A stretch of 64,000 nt of DNA from IMG/VR virus record IMGVR_UViG_3300006793_000013; one strand, given 5' to 3'. The translations under genes and the position numbers were made by a program. Positions 41,401 to 47,921 of this stretch are shown piece after piece. The notes beneath the pieces are model-generated. The model searched no databases and was not told where the DNA came from. It saw only the letters and a list, made by a program, of their open reading frames with translations. How positions within the stretch are numbered: the stretch's first letter is position 1; each line of letters starts with the position of its first letter. This DNA comes from a virus.

Positions 41401-43203
41401 ATTGAATTTGCAAGTGTTCCAGCAGAAAATTCTAAAATTGAAATAGTTTCAATAGGATTAGGCGGTGTGTCAATACTTGATTACCAAGAGTTTATTGCAG
41501 ACGGTGACACAACATTATTCTTAACTAACGCAAACTACATTGATACTTCAAATATTTTTGTATCAGTCAACGGTGTACAATCTGATACAGGATTTATTGA
41601 CAGCACAGACTTATTACCTGACACGCCAAACAGAACACTTGTACAGTTTGGTACAAAGCCTGATAGATTAGCAGTGATTAGAATTGTTGCATTTGGCGCA
41701 GCAGCAGACGTTGATAGTTCATTGCAATCTTTAATTAGAGTTAACCAACAAGAATTTACATATGATGGTAGCACTAAGAGTTATGACCTAGATACATTTG
41801 TTCAGTTATCTAGAGAAAGTGCATTAGCATCAACTATTGTTGAAGTAAACAACAAAAAACTAAAAAGTGTTGACACAGTTTACAATGTTTACGATGGAGT
41901 AACTAAAAAATATGTACTAGGTGTTGATCCTATTGCATCAGCAGGTTCTATTGTTCCAAACAACATTAAAGTTTATATTAACAACGAGCTAAAAACATTT
42001 ATTACAGACTATGTTTATAATGGTACAACTAAAGAGCTTGAGGTTACTGCGGAAAATTTGACGGTCGGAGATGTTATTAAAATTGAAAATAACCTAAATG
42101 CAGAGTACTCTGTGGTAGGTAACAACATTGTTATTAATGATTCGACAGCATTAACACTAGGTGATACAATTGATGTAACTTGGTTTAGTGAATATCCTTC
42201 AATGGAAATTGTTAGTGATCAGTATACAGGTGGTAAAGCATTTTATCCTATTGCATTTAAACCATTGGGTGTAAGTTATGTATGGGTTTACAGAAACAAA
42301 ACTAAACTTATACAAGATGTTGATTATCGCTTAGATGTTGAACGAGGTGCTGTATATATTGAAGGTTCTAATAAAGATACAGATAGTTTTGAAATTGTAG
42401 CGTTTGGGTCTAATGTATTTGCATTACCAAGTGCATATCAAGTTAGTAAAGATATGTTAAACATCAATCGTTACACTAGATATGCAATTACTGATAATTT
42501 AGTATTGGCAAAAGAATTAACTTACTATGATGAAAGTATTACACTTGCAGATGCTTCTACATTGTTTGACCCTGTTGCAGGCAAAAATATACCAGGTATT
42601 ATTGAAATAGATGGTGAGAAAATTGAGTACATGAACAAGAATGGTAATGTACTAAGCAACTTGAGAAGAGGTACACAGGGTACAGCAATTAAAACACTGA
42701 ATCCTGTAGGATCATATGTAGTTGATTTGAGTACAGACCAAACAATTCCATATAAAGATACCCAATCAAGAACAGATTTTGTTAGTGATGGTAGCAGTCA
42801 ACTCATTGGACCACTACCTTTTGTTCCTAAGCTAAGTACTGTTAGTGATTGGTATGAAGGAACAATTCCAGCAATTTATGGAAGATGTGACTCAATTGAA
42901 GTATTTGTTGGCGGTAAAAGACTACGCAAAACATATATTGATCAATACAACGAAACTAAAGGTTCAACTAGCCCAGCAGGCGATGAGAAGGTTGAAGCTG
43001 AATTTAGTGTTGACGGGTCGTCAGCATATATTAGACTAACAAATGTACCTCCGGCAGGTACACGAATTAGTATTATAAAACAACAAGGACAAGTATGGTA
43101 CGATAGAGGCCAAAATACTGCTACATCAGGCGTTACGCTGCTTAAAAACAGCACTCCAATTAGTCAGTTCATTGCTGCCAATACATCGAAGTTACCTGAA
43201 TAA
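29419..43203 (+). CDS. Giant virion structural protein, 4594 aa (gp7-like position)
   Basis: Uninterrupted ORF after gp6 with FG-GAP-like propeller repeats, CBM5/12-like modules and G.GY...P....G.G.GA.A repeats. Confidence 0.7.
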   Translation: MAADNKKFPNSDIPIRKSSDLLPNVFQTPVNDKFLSGVLDPLIQPGVVDKTVGYIGKRYGKTFTGKDVYLDTDQTLRSRYQLEPAVTVEEDQKILKFKDYIDLKSMVEFFGNANERDDKTTEQEHYSWNPPIVWDKFINYREYYWIPGGPPSVDVYGQAANIQSTYKVGTGINSWILTPDSVTNNPDITLYRGQEYKFEVNSPDEGFYIRNNYDTGSLEFNPNKSYFPGELAVFDKQLWKCVNETSPLDGSSITIDSQDWQLVANDAGFASLLYRDGVENNGVKVGTLTFKIPQDSPDILYYQSDVEPNRLGRFIISDIDTNTFIDVEKEVVGKKEYTTADGISFTNGMVVAFRGQVQPSKYADGQWLVEGVGSEIRLINFADLVPPPLDTDSPDILFDNQGFDTQPFDDATQYPGNKDYITIARNSKDSNPWSRYNRWFHRSVLESAYKFRSQDFDSLESARAKRPIIEFQPDIQLYNHGGIAKQTVDYVDTFTDDVFSKIEGSQGYNIDGEFLFEGARILVIADTDSLANNRIYEVRFVKHNNTTQINLKETADSLSAFNEGVLVRRGTTNAGKMYHYDGTVWKSSQEKTSANQAPKFELYDSAGVAFSDPTIYPVSSFVGSNLLSYKVGTGVVDKELGFALSYANIDNVGDIVFDWNFETEKFVYTLTQKQYTKNTNTGFYKINGKYANGWIATDKTFIQPIIDQYTFTTADSIAIFNTVDWDVLPDDAVINFYLNGEYITDTYTRSTNQFTFNRTFNINDVVTIKIVAAIKPDQGYYQIPAGLEKNPLNEQLKTFTLGQATDHLKSSLEFDRRVVGTVPGVSNLRDLDQYQKHSTRFMKHSGFAAVSTLLINDKDINIVKSLRYAKSAYTIFKQNIIKKATEVEFNENTSDFLDSIIEIITKTKTIDSPFADSDMIGAGAFTRTDYVVDDPGIKTFTLTEDFDLETLSRRAVYVYLNDVQLIVNKDYTVNGALGFITITGTLVEGDRIEIREYVSTAFSHVPPTPTSLGLYPKYEPTKYLDDTYRVPKDIIQGHDGSKTTAYGDYRDDLLLEFEKRVFNNIKQEYDAKIFDVQKALGGYYGNSTFVKEELDSVINQEFLSWVQNTNLGYTTNDYFVETEPFTYTYSSMTDPTGKENLPGYWRGVYKYFYDTDRPHTHPWEMLGFTIKPTWWETEYGAAPYTNGNLVLWEDIAAGKIAQGDRAGIYPRYARTTILNHIPCDCDGNLVDPLTSGLAGNFQLVNNRGPFKLGDDSPVENAWKTSSEYPFAITTALALLKPFDYLVLNFDRAVTKRNIIDQLVNVTSETFLTPTDLKFPIAGKTQVAGLAIYIASYIKSVGGAVADAQKNIDCINVRLTSRVSGFVDKQQQKYLLDSKNPSSASASVFIPPENYDIIFNVSSPIASVTYSGVIFEKTTQGWVVNGYDDINPYFNTFEAYPQQADPVISVAGTSEPFTEWDQEKTFNNGGIVEYRGTFYRATQTFTSGETFDKSNLVQLPDLPVENAVVAQQRRNFNSFKVKKVSYGTEFNSIQSVVDFLLGYQAHLKSQGFDFANYDGTNQVVQDFTTAAKEFMYWTVHNWAVGSVLSMSPGAASMEINLAVGVADNLLDSFYDYNVLKADGSALDPKFINVSRSFQKIQVNTTNTTEGIYLLKLNYVLKEHVVVFDDKTVFNDTIFDKATGYRQERIKAQGFRTTDWDGDYTSPGFLFDNVSFDTWIPYYDYKLGDIVSYRAYKYTARFNHTSDEEFNDANWTQLDSTPEKQLIPNFDYRINQMEDYFDVSSEGLGKSQRDLARHTVGYQSREYLENLSEDPTTQFKLYQGFIREKGTPNAITKLFTKLGDNTSNAAVDLNEEWGFKLGQVGGVDQSERIEIRLDTDKFKLNPQPVLVEASAEDKVDRYYRIDSTNFEFGPSPFTTDINPTSYDSKPVLTAGYVSVGQTDFTVTNRDEILNLAIASVQDNNHIWVTFDGPSWTVLRANTVFDLKITNLESNDDNEVIFTFEKAHLLKVDDVFGIKTIAGLNQFWKVKAATTNTVTVQHTEKYDADQGFEPSTGAYPMLLTEARFSSYDTVDPEKVALLTDGSKLFVDSNVNSHWEVVEKKKQFTGNKIVDFGITDPTSVGKKTVYSDTLKQVIVGIPDAARVGIYIQGATGLSSKQLLEPPSWLTTDVTGSFGLELALSPDSQWLMVGAPTASGIPSRYQGAFDVNANYLINDIVLFAGRLYKATDNINGDGSTIDVYSNEWVEVQKIDAESDGSNTGGFETGVIFIYKYQSQQWNLYDIQVSPRTYDNERFGEKIAVSQATSTGPYYMSVSAPGSQDAKGRVYLYTYDTTDGWRLDYNKNYRGIYAADDSTFYPKDSIVFSNGDMWKALVDNVADGSSLTIYSNDWVKMDEVTTGASLPMSIATNDDGSTLDAGILDDEQLVELVKVDDRFGTSLAMNYDGTVLAVGAPNSDGQYFNNFKGQWRPNYEYMQGDTVKYQGSYHQLQNLGPSAVGADSTIRSYNEAPDAGEPWVNVGDSTDVASGKVYIYKKNAAGVYRLLQQINADSLPYLSDLDPSEAISSGDKFGYAIGLDYSGNTLVVTSPLADKNFQNQGSAYVFKFDSDSTEFAYRLKQKLTSYSDYPNEMFGQDISISSGTEIIAIGATNSPFTLQTRFDGSQTSYDSNRTTFRDYDGFAGAVYVFEKKGKSERYFLSEKIDETLSLNESFGYSLYATRNAIVVGSPNYISPAPHGVDIAFEGDKTGTARLFEKTEGQNALNVIGSQPQTVDIDKFKRISLYDTEDDIKILDIEIFDPAKMKLLAQAERELTYKVPYDPAIYTTGTAEGAVVDDSICWKTKNVGKLWWDISTAKWFDYEQGEVSYRVGAWGALAPGASIDVYEWVQSKLLPSEWAVVADTNEGLPLGISGQPLYADDSAYSIKAEFNPNTGEQTEVYYYYWVRNKVTVPEGNTDRSISAADVFNLISDPSALGQTYAAFIDKDKFLLFNYKASVAESSAVLNVEYFTQEENQNQVHNEYQLLTEGVADSLPTTSLENKWIDSLIGYDRQGNRIPDPNLPAKQRYGISYRPRQSMFVDRKSILRTLITNVNAIMHKEAFADSLNFTTLNSVDSIPSSLLNLYDTTVDSYIELLEVGTSRIKQCNLRANIIDNEVNSIDILDAGFGYKIPPTIEFEGDGTGAEAVTTIDNQGRVNSVTITNKGKLYTYISTKPRQFSVLVNNDSTANNFWSIYAWDDVRKSWYRSRSQAYNTPLYWSYADWWDNDFGPTSRIVKEIVSVYEEPTINVEIGDLIRIKEYGSGGWAVFKKTTDVSTESMNNYEMIGRYQGTIQFSSDLYDTATSGVGYDNVDSFDIDFYDKEVSNELRFILQALKEDVLTGNYAVEWNNLFFTSIRYVFKEQTYVDWAFKSSFLNATHNVGTLKQKTNYKNDSLESYLDYINEVKPYSTTVREYISKYDTIDNTNSAISDFDLPPYYSEAQGKIVPVESTDDILATYPYKFWNDNKGYQIIEISVAGKGADYTEAPKVLITGGGGSGAKATAYVSNGKVTGIKLTEHGSGYTSTPTVSLVGGNGTSPSVARAVAVLGNGKTRSINVNMKFDRISKTGIYSNFTQTESFTATGSTSVFNLTYPPTRDKSNISIIKDGQVVLNNEYDIALFTLETDVYKQIRGKITFKIPPAKDEVINITYAKNDEILDSVSRIEKYYNPSSGMVGKELNQLMTGIDFGGVQVQGTTFDVTGGWDALPWFTDSWDSVESAADYYYVADGSTINVTLPYTPVDGQVLNIYLKRAGTVVPDDILNLQVEEGVEEPPTHRIDDPNYTDNWDSSVSTNPHAQMPTFIGDGSTNIVEVGAYVSTQPGDILIFRPAESDGAVTINDNNLLDTKLSGGTLSAMEGAYATATGLNAEDISIDGGEYTSPDQVPATEENIPGQVLDSLSIKVFHSNKDAAGATVKSNVRIGDGSTLVYPIGQKIIENKSVIVYIDGIKSAPATYTVNITNSTIEFASVPAENSKIEIVSIGLGGVSILDYQEFIADGDTTLFLTNANYIDTSNIFVSVNGVQSDTGFIDSTDLLPDTPNRTLVQFGTKPDRLAVIRIVAFGAAADVDSSLQSLIRVNQQEFTYDGSTKSYDLDTFVQLSRESALASTIVEVNNKKLKSVDTVYNVYDGVTKKYVLGVDPIASAGSIVPNNIKVYINNELKTFITDYVYNGTTKELEVTAENLTVGDVIKIENNLNAEYSVVGNNIVINDSTALTLGDTIDVTWFSEYPSMEIVSDQYTGGKAFYPIAFKPLGVSYVWVYRNKTKLIQDVDYRLDVERGAVYIEGSNKDTDSFEIVAFGSNVFALPSAYQVSKDMLNINRYTRYAITDNLVLAKELTYYDESITLADASTLFDPVAGKNIPGIIEIDGEKIEYMNKNGNVLSNLRRGTQGTAIKTLNPVGSYVVDLSTDQTIPYKDTQSRTDFVSDGSSQLIGPLPFVPKLSTVSDWYEGTIPAIYGRCDSIEVFVGGKRLRKTYIDQYNETKGSTSPAGDEKVEAEFSVDGSSAYIRLTNVPPAGTRISIIKQQGQVWYDRGQNTATSGVTLLKNSTPISQFIAANTSKLPE

Positions 43204-43206
43204 ATA
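43201..43206 (+). promoter_or_regulatory. Late promoter TAAATA
   Basis: Overlaps the giant gene's stop codon; implies the next gene starts at 43211 or 43232, not 43172. Confidence 0.6.
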
Positions 43207-43231
43207 CACTATGAAACTGGAAGATAAAAAT

Positions 43232-43873
43232 ATGTCAAACAAAGAAAACAAAACGCCAAAAGCACCTGGATTGAATGAAACCGGCGGGTTCCATTTTGAA
43301 GGGCATATTAAGATTTTTGATCCTGAAACTGGAGAAGTTTATCAGGATAAACGCAATGCAATACACTATGAAAATATGAGTGTTGCAATAGTTAACAGTC
43401 TTTCAAATCAAGGGGAAGGTACAGTCTACGAAATGGCGTTTGGTAGCGGTGGTACCACAGTTGACCCTACAGGATTAATTACATATTTGACACCTAACAC
43501 AGTTGGGTCAAACTCCAGTCTTTACAATCAAACATACACTAAAGTTATTGATCAAAGCTCTATTGCAAACGCTGATCCAGTGCGTAACAAAATGGAAGTT
43601 AGACATATTAGTGGAGCAACATACAGTGACATTGTAATTACATGTACACTTGATTATGGTGAGCCAGATGATCAACAAGCATTTGATAATAGTGTTAATA
43701 TGGACAGTAACTTTGTTTTCGACGAGCTTGGACTTAAATGGTATAATCCTAACGGAACAGGCAAACTTTTAACACACGTGGTTTTCCACCCTGTACAAAA
43801 GTCTTTGAACAGACTCTTGCAAGTTGATTATACAATCAGAGTACAGAGTTTAACAGGCTTTACGGAGGTTTAA
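43232..43873 (+). CDS. Baseplate/fibre-associated structural protein
   Basis: GHIKIFD...NAI...FDELGL...LLTHV.F.P..K pattern; start uncertain (43211 or 43232). Confidence 0.55.
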   Translation: MSNKENKTPKAPGLNETGGFHFEGHIKIFDPETGEVYQDKRNAIHYENMSVAIVNSLSNQGEGTVYEMAFGSGGTTVDPTGLITYLTPNTVGSNSSLYNQTYTKVIDQSSIANADPVRNKMEVRHISGATYSDIVITCTLDYGEPDDQQAFDNSVNMDSNFVFDELGLKWYNPNGTGKLLTHVVFHPVQKSLNRLLQVDYTIRVQSLTGFTEV

Positions 43874-43876
43874 TAA

Positions 43877-46018
43877 ATGCCATATATTGTAAATTTTACA
43901 GATAGCGAAAACAAAACTCCGATCACAGTCTTTGATAATACATCAAGCCAAGATACAAGTTTAACATTTCCAGGACGTAACGTTACTGGATACGGACAAA
44001 TTATTGCTGAAAACTTTTTATCTGTATTAGAAAACTTTGCAAGTGCAAATGCACCTGTAAATCCAGTTGAAGGACAACTTTGGTATGACACACAAAATGG
44101 TGTGCTACAGTTGTTTGACAACACAGCATGGAAAGCAGCATCAAACATTCAAAAGAGTGTTACAGAACCTAGTGTTGAAAATTCTAAAGTTGGTGAACTT
44201 TGGGTTGATACTACAAACCAACAGTTAAGAATTTACACAGGTACAAGATGGTTACTAGTTGGACCAGCAGAAAGTTCAATTGACGGTTTACGTTATGGAC
44301 CAGCAGTAGAAAACATTGCTGACTCAGACAACCAAACAAAAAGTATTTTAATTTTATATATTGCAGACCAACCGGTTGCAATTGTTTCCAAAGACACATT
44401 TACACCTAAAGTTAATATTAAAGGATTTGCAACAGTCAAAGCAGGACTTAATGTTGCAACGCCAGCAAACGATACTGAGAAAACAGAATTTGCTTCTATA
44501 TTTTTAGGAGGCGAACTACCTAAACTTATTGGTACTGCTAAAAATGCAGATGCACTTAACGTTGGTGGAGTTGAAGTATCAGCAGGTAAGTTTTTAAGAA
44601 GTGATATTGTTAACACAACTGACCAAGGACTTAATGTAAGAAACAACGCAGGTTTAACAATTGGTGTTGACGGAAACTTCCAAGTAACAACATCAGCGAC
44701 TGCTGCGAAACTTTATAATTCATCAGCAGGTAGTTCAGTAGATTTACAAGTTAACAGAAACGGTATTCCAACTACAGTACTTAGAGTGCTTGATAACAAA
44801 GTTGGTATTAATATTGCAGCACCAGATGAAGCACTTGATGTTGATGGTAACATTGGCTTAACTGGCGCACTAAAGATTTCAAGTACATCTGAAACAACTA
44901 ACTTATCAACAGGTAGTATTGTTTCAGCAGGTGGCGCAGCGTTTTCTAAAAACATTATAATTGGTGGCGCAGCAAATGTTACAGGAACAATTACATCTTC
45001 AACTTTAAAACCTCAAGTTAATGATACACATGACTTAGGTGAACTAACAAATCGTTGGAAAACAGTTTATGCTAAATCAATTCAAGCAGATGAAATTGTT
45101 GGTACAATTAACGGTAACATTACAGGTAATGCAAATACTGCAACTAACTTAAAAAATGTTACAAGTTTTGCACTAACAGGTGACGTTGTTTCACCCGCAA
45201 TACAGTTTGACGGACAAGTAGGTAGTGCAACTAAGACATTTGCTACTACATTGACTGCTAACATTGTTAAAGATAGAGATGAACCTGCACCAAACCAATC
45301 AGACAAAAACGACTTTGTACTAGTATATAGAGCTTCAGCTGAATCAGGCGGAGCAACAGGACTTCTTAAAGAAACACGTGATACATTTGTAGGTGACTTA
45401 GGAATTCCGTTGGGAGGTATTCTTCCATATGCAGGTACAAATCCACCAACAGGATTTTTATTCTGTGATGGTGGTGAAGTTGAAAGATCTAAGTTTCCAG
45501 AATTATTTGACATTATAGGAACAACATATAACGGTTCAGCAGCACTTAATGGTGTTGGCACATTTAGATTACCAGATTTACGTGGTAGATTTGCACTAGG
45601 TAGGCACAACATGGACAACAATATCAACGTACCAAATGCAGTTGGTGGATTTGTTGATAACGGCGGAGGTGAACCATCGCCAGCAAGAGTTGAAGGTACA
45701 GAAGCTCAAACACTTGCAGGTGCAGCAGGCGCAAGTGCGGTAGCGTTAACATTAGGTAACCTACCAGACCACGAACACGATATGACAGCAAATGGAATAC
45801 AGTATTCGGCTGTTAGAGTTGATAGTGCTATTAACAGTCCAGGTACAACAGGTTTAGGACCTACTGCTCCAGGACAAGCACAGTACTTACAACAATCGGG
45901 CGGTATTAAGAAACCAAGTACAGACTTTACGTTAGGGTCATTAGTTGGTATTATGAATCCGTTCTTGACAATTAACTATATTATACGTTCGGGTCCACCA
46001 GCGTTTACAACAACGTAG
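43877..46018 (+). CDS. Tail fibre with tail-collar domain (paralog 1)
   Basis: Shared N-terminal GYG....ENF..LENFA domain; GGILPYAG..PP.G.L.CDG...F.LPDLRGRF collar motif. Confidence 0.8.
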   Translation: MPYIVNFTDSENKTPITVFDNTSSQDTSLTFPGRNVTGYGQIIAENFLSVLENFASANAPVNPVEGQLWYDTQNGVLQLFDNTAWKAASNIQKSVTEPSVENSKVGELWVDTTNQQLRIYTGTRWLLVGPAESSIDGLRYGPAVENIADSDNQTKSILILYIADQPVAIVSKDTFTPKVNIKGFATVKAGLNVATPANDTEKTEFASIFLGGELPKLIGTAKNADALNVGGVEVSAGKFLRSDIVNTTDQGLNVRNNAGLTIGVDGNFQVTTSATAAKLYNSSAGSSVDLQVNRNGIPTTVLRVLDNKVGINIAAPDEALDVDGNIGLTGALKISSTSETTNLSTGSIVSAGGAAFSKNIIIGGAANVTGTITSSTLKPQVNDTHDLGELTNRWKTVYAKSIQADEIVGTINGNITGNANTATNLKNVTSFALTGDVVSPAIQFDGQVGSATKTFATTLTANIVKDRDEPAPNQSDKNDFVLVYRASAESGGATGLLKETRDTFVGDLGIPLGGILPYAGTNPPTGFLFCDGGEVERSKFPELFDIIGTTYNGSAALNGVGTFRLPDLRGRFALGRHNMDNNINVPNAVGGFVDNGGGEPSPARVEGTEAQTLAGAAGASAVALTLGNLPDHEHDMTANGIQYSAVRVDSAINSPGTTGLGPTAPGQAQYLQQSGGIKKPSTDFTLGSLVGIMNPFLTINYIIRSGPPAFTTT

Positions 46019-46031
46019 GATGAGATATTAA

Positions 46032-47900
46032 ATGGCATATCAGATTAATAAAACAGATGGTACAATAGTTTCAACAGTAGCCGATGGTCAAATTGATAAT
46101 ATCTCTACTGACATTACACTAATTGGTAAAAACTTTAGCGGATTTGGTGAAGTACTTAATGAAAACTTTATTAAGATACTAGAAAATTTTGCTAACGTGA
46201 CTGCGCCTACGGCGCCTATTAAAGGACAGATTTGGTTTGACAGTACAGAATCAAAACTTAAAGTATACAGTGGTACAGCATTTGTTCCAGTAAGTTCTGC
46301 AACAATTGCTAACTCACAACCAACAACACTTGGTGTTGGTGACCTTTGGTTTAATGATACTGCTAAACAGTTATATTTCTTTGATGGTACTAGCACTATA
46401 TTGCTAGGTCCTGCGTATTCAGACGCACAAGGAACTAGTGGACTTATTGTTTCAAGCATACTTGATACACTAAACCAAACTCGTGTTATTACATCACTTT
46501 ACAACAACGGTATCTTGTTAGGTATATTTGCTAAAGATTCATTTACACCTAAAAATGCTATTGAAGGATTTAGTGGAGACATTGGACCAGGATTTAACCA
46601 AGGTACATTGTCAGGCATCAAGTTTGATGTAACTTGTACAAACTCAGAAAAACTAGCAAACATTGATTCTACAAACTACGTTAGAAAAGATACTGCTAAC
46701 TCTTTAACAAACACACTTAGAATTGAAAGTGATCTAGGACTTGTTGTTGGTTCTGCTTCGCAGGCTAACTTGTCAGTTGATAACGGTAACGTTAAATTAT
46801 CAAACGCTGCTGAAGATAAACTTTTAATCTTAGATGTTAGAAAAGGTATCTCGCAGGAGATTGCAGTTAAGATTAGTCCTGATATAAGACAAATTGATTT
46901 ATATGAAGGCGCACCAGATAGTATAGTTAAGACTGGTGGTAGCATGGAACTAGCAGGCGACCTTACTATTAGAGGTAACCTTGTTATTAATGACGGTGAC
47001 CTTGCTACAATTAGACAAACAGAATTAGTTGTTGAGGACAAATACATTGTTCTTGCACAAACAGGCGACAGTGGATCTAACTCAGATGAAATTGCAGATG
47101 GCGGTGGACTAGTAATTAAAGGTACTACTGACAAAGCAATTTTATATAGTAAAGACGGCTTAGGCGCAACAGCAGAATATCCTGCACTTGCTTCACAAGC
47201 GTTTACAAGTTCAGAACACATTAACCTAGCAACAGGTAAAGAATTTAAGATTAACGGAGTAACAGTACTAAGTGGAACTTCGTTAGGTACAGGTATTACA
47301 AGTATTCCAGGTGTTACAGCCTTTGGTGCTCAGAACGTTGTTAATATTGGTCCTGGATTACCTCCAGTAGCACAATTAAGACTTGAGAATCAAAAGATTT
47401 CAACGCTTGATAACAATGATGATATTCAATTAGAAGCACACGGTTCAGGTAACATTGCATTAATAGGTAGTCCAAAAATTACAGGACTTGCTGATCCTAC
47501 AACAGCACAAGATGCTGCAACAAAAGAATACGTTGATGATATTGCACAAACTAGATCATTAGCATTTAGCATGGACTTATCAGATGGTAAACCAAACAGT
47601 TATATTGCATCAGAGATTTTAGCCAAGTTGGCTCCACCGGCTGAATACAGATCCGGTACTTTTGCAAGAATTCTTGTTACACTATTAAGTAACTCAACAG
47701 TTAACTTTAATTTAGCACCTGAAATTAGTATTTCAACAGACACATTTAATACACCTTCAGGAACAGCACCTGCTGTTACAGCAGTAAACGGAGCCATTGC
47801 ATCTATACCAGCAGCTGGTATTACAACATCTAGAATTATTAAAGTATTCCAGTTGTTGTCAGGTAACTGGACACACGTTTCAGATGAGGTATTACCATAA
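46032..47900 (+). CDS. Tail fibre-like protein (paralog 2)
   Basis: MAYQINKTDG...GKNF.GFGE..NENF..ILENFA; repeated G..W(F/Y)D segments. Confidence 0.7.
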   Translation: MAYQINKTDGTIVSTVADGQIDNISTDITLIGKNFSGFGEVLNENFIKILENFANVTAPTAPIKGQIWFDSTESKLKVYSGTAFVPVSSATIANSQPTTLGVGDLWFNDTAKQLYFFDGTSTILLGPAYSDAQGTSGLIVSSILDTLNQTRVITSLYNNGILLGIFAKDSFTPKNAIEGFSGDIGPGFNQGTLSGIKFDVTCTNSEKLANIDSTNYVRKDTANSLTNTLRIESDLGLVVGSASQANLSVDNGNVKLSNAAEDKLLILDVRKGISQEIAVKISPDIRQIDLYEGAPDSIVKTGGSMELAGDLTIRGNLVINDGDLATIRQTELVVEDKYIVLAQTGDSGSNSDEIADGGGLVIKGTTDKAILYSKDGLGATAEYPALASQAFTSSEHINLATGKEFKINGVTVLSGTSLGTGITSIPGVTAFGAQNVVNIGPGLPPVAQLRLENQKISTLDNNDDIQLEAHGSGNIALIGSPKITGLADPTTAQDAATKEYVDDIAQTRSLAFSMDLSDGKPNSYIASEILAKLAPPAEYRSGTFARILVTLLSNSTVNFNLAPEISISTDTFNTPSGTAPAVTAVNGAIASIPAAGITTSRIIKVFQLLSGNWTHVSDEVLP

Positions 47901-47921
47901 GATGAAAATAGGAGCGTATAA

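Noticed and set aside
43172-43210. ORF-track start at 43172
   Set aside because: Lies within the giant gene and upstream of the TAAATA promoter.
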